Positions 1 through 8,513 of a stretch of 64,000 nt of DNA are shown here, one piece after another. The stretch comes from a phage. The DNA is taken from assembly GCA_025832235.1 (NCBI GenBank), contig GCA_025832235.1_3649.1; one strand, given 5' to 3'. Below the pieces are notes generated by a model. That model was not told where the DNA came from, did not search any database, and worked only from the letters and a program-made list of their open reading frames with translations. The stretch's first letter is position 1. Each line of letters begins with the position of its first letter. A program made the position numbers and the translations under genes.

Positions 1-122
1 CGCACCTAAAACTGTTTATACTGTTCTTAAAGAGATTGCGTTCTACGCAGATCTTAGCCCGGCACCTTTATGGGAAAAGAGCATGTATTTAAAATGGTGC
101 GTTAATTTAGGGAGGCCTTCCA

Positions 123-242
123 GTGTTTCAAGCCATGTTTATTGAGATGCTATCTGGGGTATTGTTACTGGTAGCCATCTTAGGTGGTGCAGTTCTGATG
201 TATAACTATCTTGAAAAAGGAGACAGCAATGGTAAAAAATAA
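123..242 (+). CDS. small hydrophobic peptide (about 39 aa, single predicted TM segment)
   Basis: Hand-translated ORF below the 60-aa track cut-off; GTG start 9 nt after GGGAGG (108-113); hydrophobic core LSGVLLLVAILGGAVL; overlaps next gene start. Confidence 0.3.
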   Translation: MFQAMFIEMLSGVLLLVAILGGAVLMYNYLEKGDSNGKK

Positions 243-414
243 ATCTTTAGAGCAGGCTGAAAACCTTCTCCACGAGCTGGTAAAGGAGTGGAAAGTTGAA
301 TACTCAGATTTTAATGCACGAGAGGGTGAAGATTATTGGCCTACGGAGCGCTCAGAGGGCGAATGGTATCAAGATTTTATAGAGTGGTTATATCAGACGT
401 GCGATGAGGGGTGA
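229..414 (+). CDS. hypothetical protein
   Basis: ORF track 211..414; ATG at 229 preceded by AAGGAG; no recognisable domain. Confidence 0.5.
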   Translation: MVKNKSLEQAENLLHELVKEWKVEYSDFNAREGEDYWPTERSEGEWYQDFIEWLYQTCDEG

Positions 415-881
415 CGATGTTTGTTAAATATGTAAAAACGTGCCTCAACAGTCTTGGCAGAGAGCATTGGTACACCTTGCTTGAAAAAGGGGAAATTTTA
501 ACAAAATCTGGAAAGATAACTTTGATACCTCTTGATAGTAAAGGTAAAGACCCGTCACGACTTGTTATAGATGATTACGTTACAGGTGTGACGTTCGAGG
601 TCTCTGTGGAGAGGTTAATACGCAGAGCTGGCGGCCCTTATGACCGAAGAGAGTATGTTTTCGATTCCGTTACAGAGATGGGGGAGCATCCGTCTTTAAT
701 GTTCAGGATGGTAATCAGAGATATGAGGTCATCTATAGATAGGATCGTAAAGGACATTAAGGAACCTTTTAGAGTAAAAGTTAAGAAGTTTTTCGATTCT
801 AAGATTAACATACTCGCCGTTGCACTAGGTGTAGTTCAACTTCTGTTAATTTTGCACTATTTTGAACTACTATTTAAGTAG
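411..881 (+). CDS. hypothetical protein with C-terminal hydrophobic segment
   Basis: ORF track; start overlaps upstream stop; C-terminus ILAVALGVVQLLLILHYF is TM-like. Confidence 0.55.
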   Translation: MTMFVKYVKTCLNSLGREHWYTLLEKGEILTKSGKITLIPLDSKGKDPSRLVIDDYVTGVTFEVSVERLIRRAGGPYDRREYVFDSVTEMGEHPSLMFRMVIRDMRSSIDRIVKDIKEPFRVKVKKFFDSKINILAVALGVVQLLLILHYFELLFK

Positions 882-943
882 TAGTTGAGATATGGCACAA
901 AGGATGTGCCATAGTGAAATAAACTAAGAAAGAGGTAGAGAGA

Positions 944-1291
944 ATGCCAAAGATTAAAACGTTATTACTGTGGGTAGCTGTTTTAGCTTTTATAGGGTAC
1001 TGGACTTGGGAAACTGAATTAAAAGATATCGGATATACCAGTCTTGAGAGCAAGGCGTGCATTGGCATAACCGATGCGTTCAGGCAAAATGCTATGGATC
1101 ACGAATGTGTTGATGCAGATATAGATGAGAAACTGTCTAAGGACAAAGATTTTTACCATGGGCATGCTTTACTTGATAGTGGTGACACTGTAGAGTTCTG
1201 GTCGTGGTTTCGTGAAGATGGAACAATAAAAACAGCAGTAAAGATTTCTAACAAAGAGTTAATGCTGTTGCAGCAAAAGGAGGCTCAATGA
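944..1291 (+). CDS. hypothetical membrane-anchored protein
   Basis: ORF track; SD GAAAGAGG upstream; N-terminal TM-like LLLWVAVLAFIGYW. Confidence 0.6.
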   Translation: MPKIKTLLLWVAVLAFIGYWTWETELKDIGYTSLESKACIGITDAFRQNAMDHECVDADIDEKLSKDKDFYHGHALLDSGDTVEFWSWFREDGTIKTAVKISNKELMLLQQKEAQ

Positions 1292-1575
1292 TTTGGATAT
1301 CCTATGCTGATGGCACCATGCTGTATACTGCAGGTACCAGATATGAAGTTCAGGAGAACGATAAAAAATTTATCGTAAAAACATTTGACAAGGACGACAA
1401 CCTTTTGCTAGAATTGACTTACAAAGTTGGAGAGGTATCCAATATCCAGTTGGATTGTGGTCATAAAGATAATCCACTCAAAAAACCTGGAGTAGGTAAG
1501 GCTTCAGAAGAACGTCTGTCTCGTATTGCAGAAAGCGTTTCTCCCCAAAAATCTAAGAAGAGGACTAGAAAATGA
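1288..1575 (+). CDS. hypothetical protein
   Basis: ORF track; start overlaps upstream stop (translational coupling). Confidence 0.55.
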   Translation: MIWISYADGTMLYTAGTRYEVQENDKKFIVKTFDKDDNLLLELTYKVGEVSNIQLDCGHKDNPLKKPGVGKASEERLSRIAESVSPQKSKKRTRK

Positions 1576-1766
1576 AAAACTTACGTTTTAACACTTATTA
1601 CTACAACACATTGAATGATTTGTATTATATTGTTCGAAGTAAAAGTCCTGAAACAGTCCTATTCTGCCGCGAACCTTTCAAAGGGGAGGAAGTAGAGTCT
1701 GAGATGAATGTTAGCCAGATCACCTCTTTGTTGCTCTCAGGCGCAATGGAAGAAGCAATATTCTAA
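1572..1766 (+). CDS. hypothetical protein
   Basis: ORF track; overlapping start/stop with upstream gene. Confidence 0.5.
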   Translation: MKNLRFNTYYYNTLNDLYYIVRSKSPETVLFCREPFKGEEVESEMNVSQITSLLLSGAMEEAIF

Positions 1767-1784
1767 ACCAGGCGGGAGGGTTTT

Positions 1785-1970
1785 ATGAAGCACTATTGCC
1801 TGTCTGGTAGAATGGGTGCAGATTGTGATTGGGTTTTCTTAAAACTTGTCAGCATTCGAGAGTTCATCCCAGAGGAAGAGCAAGAAAGCGAGCTGATGTC
1901 ATGGATCAACCATTACGGTAACACTTTTCGGCATGTTAAGGTAGAAGAGTTGCCAAGCGAGGCTGATTGA
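1785..1970 (+). CDS. hypothetical protein
   Basis: ORF track; SD GGGAGGG upstream. Confidence 0.5.
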   Translation: MKHYCLSGRMGADCDWVFLKLVSIREFIPEEEQESELMSWINHYGNTFRHVKVEELPSEAD

Positions 1971-1972
1971 CT

Positions 1973-2062
1973 ATGATTGCATCAATATTAACGTTTATGG
2001 GTGGCGTGGCATTCGGATTCATTGTTTGCCTGTTTATAGTGATTATGTCTATGCGAGGCTGA
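1973..2062 (+). CDS. small hydrophobic peptide (29 aa)
   Basis: Hand-translated MIASILTFMGGVAFGFIVCLFIVIMSMRG; fills the gap between 1970 and 2066; GAGG upstream. Confidence 0.35.
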   Translation: MIASILTFMGGVAFGFIVCLFIVIMSMRG

Positions 2063-2065
2063 ATT

Positions 2066-2362
2066 ATGAAACTTTTTGAGTGGTTTAAAAAGTTTAAATA
2101 TAAAGCTGTAGCCATCGTGCCGTGGTCCATTCAGTGGGTTGATGAAGGTGGTCTACCGATACCTGGTGACAAAGATACTGGGTACTGGATTATGATGGAG
2201 AACGGGTTTGGAAAGCGAAAGTATACGTGCACAAACTCTACTCGATCTGCACTTAATAGAGTGCCTGGTTACAAACTTATGGTTGTGTGGAAAATGTCAG
2301 GCGTGCCTCCAGCCAATGCTCAATTTCTTACTGACAATCCTACCACGGTAGAGGGAGATTGA
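2066..2362 (+). CDS. hypothetical protein
   Basis: ORF track. Confidence 0.55.
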   Translation: MKLFEWFKKFKYKAVAIVPWSIQWVDEGGLPIPGDKDTGYWIMMENGFGKRKYTCTNSTRSALNRVPGYKLMVVWKMSGVPPANAQFLTDNPTTVEGD

Positions 2363-2364
2363 TA

Positions 2365-2646
2365 ATGAAAAAGATTAACAGTAGTGAAGTCGAGTTTAAA
2401 CTTGTCGGAAAAGGCACTTACTGGGAAGTTCGTCAAAAGGTATATTTGTTCGGTCTTATTCCTTACTGGTCTAAATTCTACTGGGGAGCTAACGAGTGGG
2501 GAAGATACGCCACCAAATCAATGGCACTTATTGGTATAGCAGAGTACATTGCAGCCAGAGATAGGGTTGGAGACACTTATTACTATACTGCGGACGATAT
2601 TCGTAACAGTGTTTACGTCCCACAACCACCTGATGGAGACCGTTGA
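2365..2646 (+). CDS. hypothetical protein
   Basis: ORF track 2359..2646 (TTG); ATG at 2365 is 7 nt after GAGGGAG. Confidence 0.55.
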   Translation: MKKINSSEVEFKLVGKGTYWEVRQKVYLFGLIPYWSKFYWGANEWGRYATKSMALIGIAEYIAARDRVGDTYYYTADDIRNSVYVPQPPDGDR

Positions 2647-2870
2647 TGAAAGTTAAAGTTTTAGATTCGAGCTTCTATATTGGTCAGGAGCCCTTAGTGG
2701 GGAAAGTGTTTACTGCTGTCCCTAACGAAGATTACCCCGACCTTTTAAAAATAAAAGGGGCAGATCTTATTGCCGCTGGTGCATCTCAGGAATGCTTTGA
2801 CAGTCAGTGGACCTACAACTTTGCCCTAGGTGAGGATGTAGAGATAGTGGAGGACAATCATGAAGGTTAA
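2643..2870 (+). CDS. hypothetical protein, small early family A (MKVK-LDS...GADLI-AGA)
   Basis: ORF track; paralogous to 2860..3114 (shared MKVK(V/I)LDS, GKV, GADLI(A/T)AGA, acidic VE tail). Confidence 0.6.
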   Translation: MMKVKVLDSSFYIGQEPLVGKVFTAVPNEDYPDLLKIKGADLIAAGASQECFDSQWTYNFALGEDVEIVEDNHEG

Positions 2871-3114
2871 AATTCTTGATTCTAACGTCTACTTGGGACA
2901 ATCCTTCCTGAAGGGAAAGGTCGTTCCTGCGGTATACTTTGAAGGGTTGCCGTGGGATGATCCTGTTCGGCAACATCACAGTTATGTAGGCCACAACGTA
3001 GTGTTTATCTTAGGAGCAGACCTGATCACCGCTGGTGCACCTGAATATTATTTCGGGGAAGAGTCCTATTATGCCTTTGGGGTAGGGTCAGATGCAAATA
3101 TTGTAGAGCTGTGA
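2860..3114 (+). CDS. hypothetical protein, small early family A paralog
   Basis: ORF track; paralog of 2643..2870. Confidence 0.6.
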   Translation: MKVKILDSNVYLGQSFLKGKVVPAVYFEGLPWDDPVRQHHSYVGHNVVFILGADLITAGAPEYYFGEESYYAFGVGSDANIVEL

Positions 3115-3126
3115 TGGGTAACCGTT

Positions 3127-3525
3127 GTGAAAAATAAACTGTTTAAAGTTACAATGAAAATTCGCGGAGCTTGGAGCATAAAGCAAGGGCGTATTCCAGA
3201 ATTTGAGAAAGACTTCTACGTAGTCTCCACCTCGGAGGAGGCTGCATGCTGGCAAGCTGGCTATGCCTATGCAAGAACCTGGTACGAAGGATACCAGACT
3301 GGGGGCTATGACGGAGAAATTATCAGCAAGGGTGTAGAAGAAATTAATGTGTTGACAAGTGAAAAAGTTTTTGTTATAGTGCATCCAGATTCCAGAGTGA
3401 AGCATTACTGGAATGCCAGAACAAAAACTTGGACACCGTTTGCAGATTCTGCTACACCACTTTTAAACCAGAAAGCTCTTGACTCTGTCCCGAGCTATGG
3501 GGTTGTTGAAGAAAAGCTAAACTGA
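3127..3525 (+). CDS. hypothetical protein, family B (HYWNARTKTWTP motif)
   Basis: ORF track; paralogous to 5332..5727 (YYWDVLNNEWTP). Confidence 0.6.
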   Translation: MKNKLFKVTMKIRGAWSIKQGRIPEFEKDFYVVSTSEEAACWQAGYAYARTWYEGYQTGGYDGEIISKGVEEINVLTSEKVFVIVHPDSRVKHYWNARTKTWTPFADSATPLLNQKALDSVPSYGVVEEKLN

Positions 3526-3542
3526 AACAGTGGGGTACTAAC

Positions 3543-3833
3543 ATGATGGATTTAGTTCTGGACACTGATAACACCGGAGCGTTTAAAAAGGATGGTGTAA
3601 CAAGCGTTGACCAATCCTTCCCTGCCAAGATTGACTCAAAATGGACCTACAAGTTTGATGGAGAGATCTTCGCAAATGATGAGAAGGTTGTAGATGCTGC
3701 AGCCATTTTGAACGCTCTAGGGTACGACCCTGTGAATTCTTTGATCAAGGATCCTGTTGAGTTTGCAGAGTATGTTCGAAAAATGGCAGATCTTGCTGTG
3801 GATATTTTAAAAACTATCGACAACAATCTGTAA
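3543..3833 (+). CDS. hypothetical protein
   Basis: ORF track. Confidence 0.55.
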   Translation: MMDLVLDTDNTGAFKKDGVTSVDQSFPAKIDSKWTYKFDGEIFANDEKVVDAAAILNALGYDPVNSLIKDPVEFAEYVRKMADLAVDILKTIDNNL

Positions 3834-3839
3834 AAACTG

Positions 3840-3868
3840 TTGACACAACGCTTCAGATTTAGTATCAT
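3840..3868 (+). promoter_or_regulatory. sigma70-like promoter (TTGACA-N17-TATCAT) for the HPF-like gene
   Basis: TTGACA at 3840-3845, 17-nt spacer, TATCAT at 3863-3868. Confidence 0.5.
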
Positions 3869-3876
3869 TGTTTTCA

Positions 3877-3897
3877 AAGAGGGTTTGGTTCCCTCTT
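3877..3897 (+). promoter_or_regulatory. 5'-UTR stem-loop (AAGAGGG-7-CCCTCTT) followed by CTTT; possible dual terminator/leader hairpin
   Basis: Perfect 7-bp inverted repeat between promoter -10 and SD of 3916 gene. Confidence 0.45.
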
Positions 3898-3915
3898 CTT
3901 TAAAAGGAACACGTT

Positions 3916-4233
3916 ATGCAAATTGAAATCACTGGCAACGTAGAAATCACTGAAGGTATGGTGTCTTTCATTTCCAACAAAATGTCTAAACTGGAGCGTT
4001 TGCACCCCTCTGCCAACTATGCACGTGTGAGTGTAAAAGTTGAAAATGATCACCAGGAAGTTATGGCGTTCATTTTTGACAATTCTGGAAAAGAAGTTAT
4101 TGCCAAGGCTAAAGGTAGTGATGCTTACGAGGCAACTGACCGTATGGTAGATGTTGCAGCACGTCAGCTGGCTAAATGCGGTGGAAAGAAAGGTAAGGGG
4201 AAAGGCAAAGTAAAGATTGACTTTGGAAAATGA
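3916..4233 (+). CDS. hpf: ribosome hibernation-promoting factor / YfiA (RaiA) family homolog
   Basis: 105 aa; MQIEITGNVEITEGM...KLERL...VSVKVE...AKGSDAYEATDRMVDVAARQLAK parallels E. coli HPF (MQLNITGNNVEITEAL...KLEQY...VLKVE...AEGQDMYAAIDGLIDKLARQL) recalled from memory; Lys/Gly-rich tail; own promoter and SD. Confidence 0.75.
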   Translation: MQIEITGNVEITEGMVSFISNKMSKLERLHPSANYARVSVKVENDHQEVMAFIFDNSGKEVIAKAKGSDAYEATDRMVDVAARQLAKCGGKKGKGKGKVKIDFGK

Positions 4234-4242
4234 GGTGCTACA

Positions 4243-4344
4243 ATGGGTGTGATTAAGAAATTAGTCCCAAATGTAGAGATTGCATGCTTTGAAATTATGT
4301 TTGCAATCGCAGTTGTAGTTAATGTGTTAGGTTACGGCTATTAA
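4243..4344 (+). CDS. small hydrophobic peptide (33 aa)
   Basis: Hand-translated MGVIKKLVPNVEIACFEIMFAIAVVVNVLGYGY; GAGGTG SD 6 nt upstream. Confidence 0.35.
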   Translation: MGVIKKLVPNVEIACFEIMFAIAVVVNVLGYGY

Positions 4345-4370
4345 TATCAAATAATTGAGGAGACCTCTAA

Positions 4371-4640
4371 ATGAAAATTAAATTATTCAAAACTGAGCTG
4401 GCAGACAAAAACTGTGGACTGGTTGAAGGCATGATTGTTGAAGCACAACCAGTGGACTATATGAAGGTGGTTCGTGATGCCCTGGGTGAAGGTTTTGATC
4501 TGATGGAGCCAGCTCTGCGAGAAGATGTTATCGAGATGGCTAAAAAGCACACACCTGAAGGTTTGGTGGTGTTTGTTGCACCGGGTAACGGAGAAGAATT
4601 GATTGTAACTCCTGATGTGTATGAGATTGTAGAGGAATAA
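4371..4640 (+). CDS. hypothetical protein (acidic C-terminus ...VYEIVEE)
   Basis: ORF track; SD GAGGAG; C-terminal motif shared with 5000..5332, 5807..6064 and 6065..6415. Confidence 0.6.
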   Translation: MKIKLFKTELADKNCGLVEGMIVEAQPVDYMKVVRDALGEGFDLMEPALREDVIEMAKKHTPEGLVVFVAPGNGEELIVTPDVYEIVEE

Positions 4641-4731
4641 TCCTGCTTGGATTAGCATACTTCCTCGATAAGGAAGATTTGTAATTATTTGTGGGAAAGG
4701 AATCCCAATCTCTTACCAGAGGTGATACTAT

Positions 4732-4995
4732 ATGATTGTTTATTTTAAAACTTCAGGTGGATACCCTGATTCTCAAAGCTTGATCGGAAAAACGTGCACA
4801 GCATACTCACCTCTTGATGAGGAGGTAAGCGATATTCTACGAAATATGTATCGGATTGACCCCCAAGAAGCCTTTGATCAAAACCTTGTATTTGTCAAGG
4901 GTTCAGATATGAAGTCTTTGGGAGCATTCCCTGAAGCAGATGATGATGCCGTTTATTCGTTCATGACTCCTTTTGAAGCTATGGTTGTTGGGTGA
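4732..4995 (+). CDS. hypothetical protein
   Basis: ORF track; SD GAGGTG upstream. Confidence 0.55.
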   Translation: MIVYFKTSGGYPDSQSLIGKTCTAYSPLDEEVSDILRNMYRIDPQEAFDQNLVFVKGSDMKSLGAFPEADDDAVYSFMTPFEAMVVG

Positions 4996-4999
4996 TAAT

Positions 5000-5332
5000 A
5001 TGAAAGTACGCTTTATTGGTGAAACAATTCCTGTGCATCTCCGGTCTCCTGAGGATTCTGCAGATCTTGCATCTCAAAAGGCGAGAGGTTATGATAAGAA
5101 AGTAACCTCAACCGATGTAGTGCTTGAGGCTACCAGTCTACCTGACCCTGCTGCATTCTTTAATCATTATGGGTACTATTTCAGCAATCTGATGAATATC
5201 GGTGAGCTTGTGTTTATTAGTGGTGGAGAGATTGTTAGCAAGCTTGGCGGCGATCCAGATGTCTTTCATGAAACCTGTCCTTTTGCATTTGTGGTAGGTT
5301 CAGATGTGGAAGTTATTGAGGAGGTGCGGTAA
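5000..5332 (+). CDS. hypothetical protein (C-terminal ...VGSDVEVIEEVR)
   Basis: ORF track 4973..5332; in-frame ATG at 5000 avoids overlap with upstream gene. Confidence 0.5.
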   Translation: MKVRFIGETIPVHLRSPEDSADLASQKARGYDKKVTSTDVVLEATSLPDPAAFFNHYGYYFSNLMNIGELVFISGGEIVSKLGGDPDVFHETCPFAFVVGSDVEVIEEVR

Positions 5333-5727
5333 TGGTAAGCCTATACCGTGTTGAGTATAGCTCAGATACTGTATACAACGTAAGAAGCAAAGATCGCAGC
5401 GACAGAGTGCAAGAAATGTATGTTCTTGCCGACAGTCCGTTATCTGCAGCGTTCAAGGCAGGGGCTCTTGCATCTCGTTGGAAATTTGAAGGGGGATCTT
5501 TCTATGAAGAAACCCTTGAAGATTCTGTTGTTATTTCTTCTGTAGAGGTTTCAGACGACTACGAAGGGAAAAAGTTCGTAATGCGGCACCCACACAGCAA
5601 CATTGCGTACTACTGGGATGTTCTGAACAACGAGTGGACCCCAGATCTTCAGAAGGCTACTGTGCTAACACCGTTTTTGGCAGATAAGTTCCCACCAGAA
5701 GGTAATTTATCCGCACTGTTTCAGTAA
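5332..5727 (+). CDS. hypothetical protein, family B paralog (YYWDVLNNEWTP)
   Basis: ORF track; paralog of 3127..3525. Confidence 0.6.
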   Translation: MVSLYRVEYSSDTVYNVRSKDRSDRVQEMYVLADSPLSAAFKAGALASRWKFEGGSFYEETLEDSVVISSVEVSDDYEGKKFVMRHPHSNIAYYWDVLNNEWTPDLQKATVLTPFLADKFPPEGNLSALFQ

Positions 5728-5745
5728 TTTTCTTGCACACAGGTG

Positions 5746-5776
5746 TTGACAACGCCAACCCTGTGTGAAATAATAC
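5746..5776 (+). promoter_or_regulatory. sigma70-like promoter with -35 TTGACA embedded between an 8-bp inverted repeat (CACACAGG/CCTGTGTG)
   Basis: TTGACA 5746-5751; AT-rich -10 region AATAATAC 5769-5776; IR arms 5736-5743 and 5760-5767. Confidence 0.45.
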
Positions 5777-5806
5777 CTTCATCTTAACAAGACAGGAGAC
5801 CGATTG

Positions 5807-6064
5807 ATGAAGATTAAATTGAAAAACCTTGAAACGGCAGAGATTCAGGACGGTGTTGATTTCCGTTCTAAAGATGGTGACATCTTAGAGGTAAATATTC
5901 CAACCTACGAGCTGATTAAAGGTTTTGGCAACGTTCCGGAAGAGGATATTACAGAAATTCTTATGATGTTGATTCTTGACGGAACTGTGTTTGTAGGTGA
6001 AGGTGAGAACGCTATTGCAATCCCAGGCCATTTTTATGAAGTAGTTGACGAAGAGGTGCTGTAA
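5807..6064 (+). CDS. hypothetical protein (C-terminal ...FYEVVDEEVL)
   Basis: ORF track (TTG 5804); ATG 5807 after SD CAGGAGA. Confidence 0.6.
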   Translation: MKIKLKNLETAEIQDGVDFRSKDGDILEVNIPTYELIKGFGNVPEEDITEILMMLILDGTVFVGEGENAIAIPGHFYEVVDEEVL

Positions 6065-6415
6065 ATGAAAGTAGAAATTACCGGTTTTGATGTGAATGTG
6101 GTTCCGGAAGATATTTTAGCTAAACTTCCAGAAGGTTTTGGTAACGGCGTTGTGGTGGATGCTGTTCCTCCTACCAAAGACATTCTGCTGCAGTATGGTG
6201 TAGCAGAGGAAGATGTCGATAAAGTTCTTACAATGATGGCAATCGATCGTGTTGTCGTTGTTAAAGGTCTCGATAATTTTGAGAGTGATCCCCTGATTAT
6301 TCGTGGAGATGACTACAAAATCATCGATAATGAAGGCCAAGAGTTCTATGAACCTTGTGCAGAAGATATTCTTAACTTATTACTGGAAGCAGGTACCGAA
6401 GAGGAGGACGAATAA
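6065..6415 (+). CDS. hypothetical acidic protein
   Basis: ORF track; tightly coupled to neighbours. Confidence 0.6.
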   Translation: MKVEITGFDVNVVPEDILAKLPEGFGNGVVVDAVPPTKDILLQYGVAEEDVDKVLTMMAIDRVVVVKGLDNFESDPLIIRGDDYKIIDNEGQEFYEPCAEDILNLLLEAGTEEEDE

Positions 6416-6744
6416 TGAAGATTGACCCGTTACTGAAGGCTCGTGCAGAAAAAGCGTACACCATTAAGCTGACCAACCTGGTTCCTACTTGTCATCCAGA
6501 TGTAGGTTGGCCTGAAGGTCTGGTAGAGGGGACTGTAACAGCTGCATACCTCCCTAACATCAAATACCTTATGGAAATCTTGGAGCTGGATGAGGAAACG
6601 GCAGAAGAGTTCCAGTTGGACATGAAACAAAGTGGGACTCTGGTTATTCACGGGTGGTATAATACTAAAGACGCAGAAGACCCTCTGGTAACTTCTAATC
6701 TGGCATATGAAATCTTAGGGCCTTTGAACCTGGAGGAAGACTAA
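6415..6744 (+). CDS. hypothetical protein
   Basis: ORF track; ATGA overlap with upstream gene. Confidence 0.6.
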   Translation: MKIDPLLKARAEKAYTIKLTNLVPTCHPDVGWPEGLVEGTVTAAYLPNIKYLMEILELDEETAEEFQLDMKQSGTLVIHGWYNTKDAEDPLVTSNLAYEILGPLNLEED

Positions 6745-7031
6745 TGAAAGATCTGGTTAAGATTAAGATTAAAGATACCAATGGAGAACTCAGCCATTTT
6801 GGAATTAATGATGGTGACGAGCTGATCGCACACCTGCCTACCAAGGAGGTTGTAAGCAAAGCAGTTGCCGGAGAAGAAGCTGCAATGCAGGCTGCAGGTG
6901 TGGATGAAAACTATGTAGCTATGTGCATGTGCCGAGATCAGGTTGTTCTGTATAAAGCGTATCGACCAAACGGAGCCACGGAGTGGCTTGTATTCCGACC
7001 CGAAGGATATGAAATCTTAGAGGCACTATGA
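6744..7031 (+). CDS. hypothetical protein
   Basis: ORF track. Confidence 0.6.
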   Translation: MKDLVKIKIKDTNGELSHFGINDGDELIAHLPTKEVVSKAVAGEEAAMQAAGVDENYVAMCMCRDQVVLYKAYRPNGATEWLVFRPEGYEILEAL

Positions 7032-7111
7032 TAAATCTTGCCAAGGTTGCAACGGCACTGTTAATTATTTGCTGGTCAGTAACCTTAACACTGTGTCTTG
7101 TATTTCAGTGA
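7028..7111 (+). CDS. small hydrophobic peptide (27 aa)
   Basis: Hand-translated MINLAKVATALLIICWSVTLTLCLVFQ; ATGA overlap with upstream stop. Confidence 0.3.
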   Translation: MINLAKVATALLIICWSVTLTLCLVFQ

Positions 7112-7120
7112 GGTGCTTGT

Positions 7121-7384
7121 ATGAACATCCTGATGTGGGTTATAGCAGTGGCGTTTGTTGCATGTTTTTGCTGCTGGGTTGCGGTGAGGATTTCTGTAGC
7201 TACCCTTCGGAAGTTGGGGTTCTCAGAATGGGATATTAATATCCTTTCTTTTCGCAATGAAACAATCTCAGCCGCCCTGCTTTGTAAGAAATTTAAGTGG
7301 GAACCTTGTGAGGTCATGAGCTATCTAAGAACAGGCGATATCCCTGAAAGATTTAAAAAAGTTCTTGACGGCAAGGATAAATGA
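7121..7384 (+). CDS. hypothetical membrane protein
   Basis: ORF track; N-terminal TM-like WVIAVAFVACFCCWVAV. Confidence 0.55.
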   Translation: MNILMWVIAVAFVACFCCWVAVRISVATLRKLGFSEWDINILSFRNETISAALLCKKFKWEPCEVMSYLRTGDIPERFKKVLDGKDK

Positions 7385-7437
7385 CAGTATAGTGACTAAC
7401 AAGAGGTGAGGGGGTGACTGATTTTACTGAAGCTTTA

Positions 7438-7554
7438 ATGATGGCCTTGTCTGTTTTAGCGCTATCGGTGTGTTTTGGGGCGTTATTCACATCTCTGGTT
7501 AAAGTTTTACATACAGTATTATTACCCAAGGAGCGCAGTAATGACGAAGATTGA
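7438..7554 (+). CDS. small hydrophobic peptide (38 aa)
   Basis: Hand-translated MMALSVLALSVCFGALFTSLVKVLHTVLLPKERSNDED; overlaps start of 7541 gene. Confidence 0.3.
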   Translation: MMALSVLALSVCFGALFTSLVKVLHTVLLPKERSNDED

Positions 7555-7792
7555 CTTGAATGCTGGTGATCATGTTGTTGTCAAATGCATTGGAGATTAT
7601 CTTGGATTCACAATCGGCAATACTTACGAGGCGGTAGTGGCGAAGGTTTATCATGATAAAGTCCTCAGTCTTGTATTTGACTGTGATGATGACGGAGATG
7701 ACCGTTACGTCTGTGAGGTGCTGGCTCGTGACGATAGTGAAGACCAGAAATTCCTGGTTATTGAACTGAACGGTATTTTTGTAGAACGTTAA
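7541..7792 (+). CDS. hypothetical protein
   Basis: ORF track 7475..7792; ATG 7541 (MTKIDLNAG...) follows AAGGAG. Confidence 0.55.
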   Translation: MTKIDLNAGDHVVVKCIGDYLGFTIGNTYEAVVAKVYHDKVLSLVFDCDDDGDDRYVCEVLARDDSEDQKFLVIELNGIFVER

Positions 7793-7820
7793 TTTAAAAC
7801 AACATAAGGAGACTCTTACT

Positions 7821-8126
7821 ATGGCTAAATCTAAAGTTGAACTGTTCACCTCTCTTCCTTCTGACACTGCAGAACGTGATCGCCTTCGCAAAACAATTGA
7901 AGAACTGGTGGAACTCCAGCTTCAGATTAAAGATTTGAAAGATGCCATCAAGGATATCATTCTTGTTGAGAAGCAGGATCATCTGTATTCTCCTAAATTC
8001 ATCAAATCTTTGGTGGCTACAGAGTTTGATATCCGCTACGAAGCTGAAAAACGTCGCGCTAAGATTGAAGAAGAGGTTGAGCACATGTCTGAGGCAGACA
8101 TTCTGTTCAAACGCTCTGTAGAATAA
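7821..8126 (+). CDS. hypothetical protein (predicted coiled coil)
   Basis: ORF track; SD AAGGAG upstream. Confidence 0.6.
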   Translation: MAKSKVELFTSLPSDTAERDRLRKTIEELVELQLQIKDLKDAIKDIILVEKQDHLYSPKFIKSLVATEFDIRYEAEKRRAKIEEEVEHMSEADILFKRSVE

Positions 8127-8178
8127 TATGGCAGAGGGGCTACGGCCCCTCTTTCACTATTTGCAAAAGGAACCAGCT

Positions 8179-8505
8179 ATGAGAATGCCAATCACTGTGA
8201 AAGAGCTAAATGAACGTGATGCAGGTGGTCTATGGCCTGCACGAAAAATCCGCTGCGTCTATATGAAAGAGAATCTTGAACATCTTGATCAACAGATCAA
8301 GGTCGGTGATATTTTCGAGGTCTTCTATTCCAATCGTCGCAACTGGGAAACCATTCAGCCTTCTGGTTTTGTTCTTGCCAAACTTGACACTGGAGAAGTG
8401 ATTATTCCTGGGTTGGATATTGTCTTCGAAATTATCCAGGAGTGGGATCCGGATAAGATTAGATATGAAGAGTTATTCGGTGAAGGTATTATCAAACCTG
8501 TGTGA
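8179..8505 (+). CDS. hypothetical protein
   Basis: ORF track 8128..8505; ATG 8179 follows AAGGAA. Confidence 0.55.
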   Translation: MRMPITVKELNERDAGGLWPARKIRCVYMKENLEHLDQQIKVGDIFEVFYSNRRNWETIQPSGFVLAKLDTGEVIIPGLDIVFEIIQEWDPDKIRYEELFGEGIIKPV

Positions 8506-8513
8506 GGTGGATT

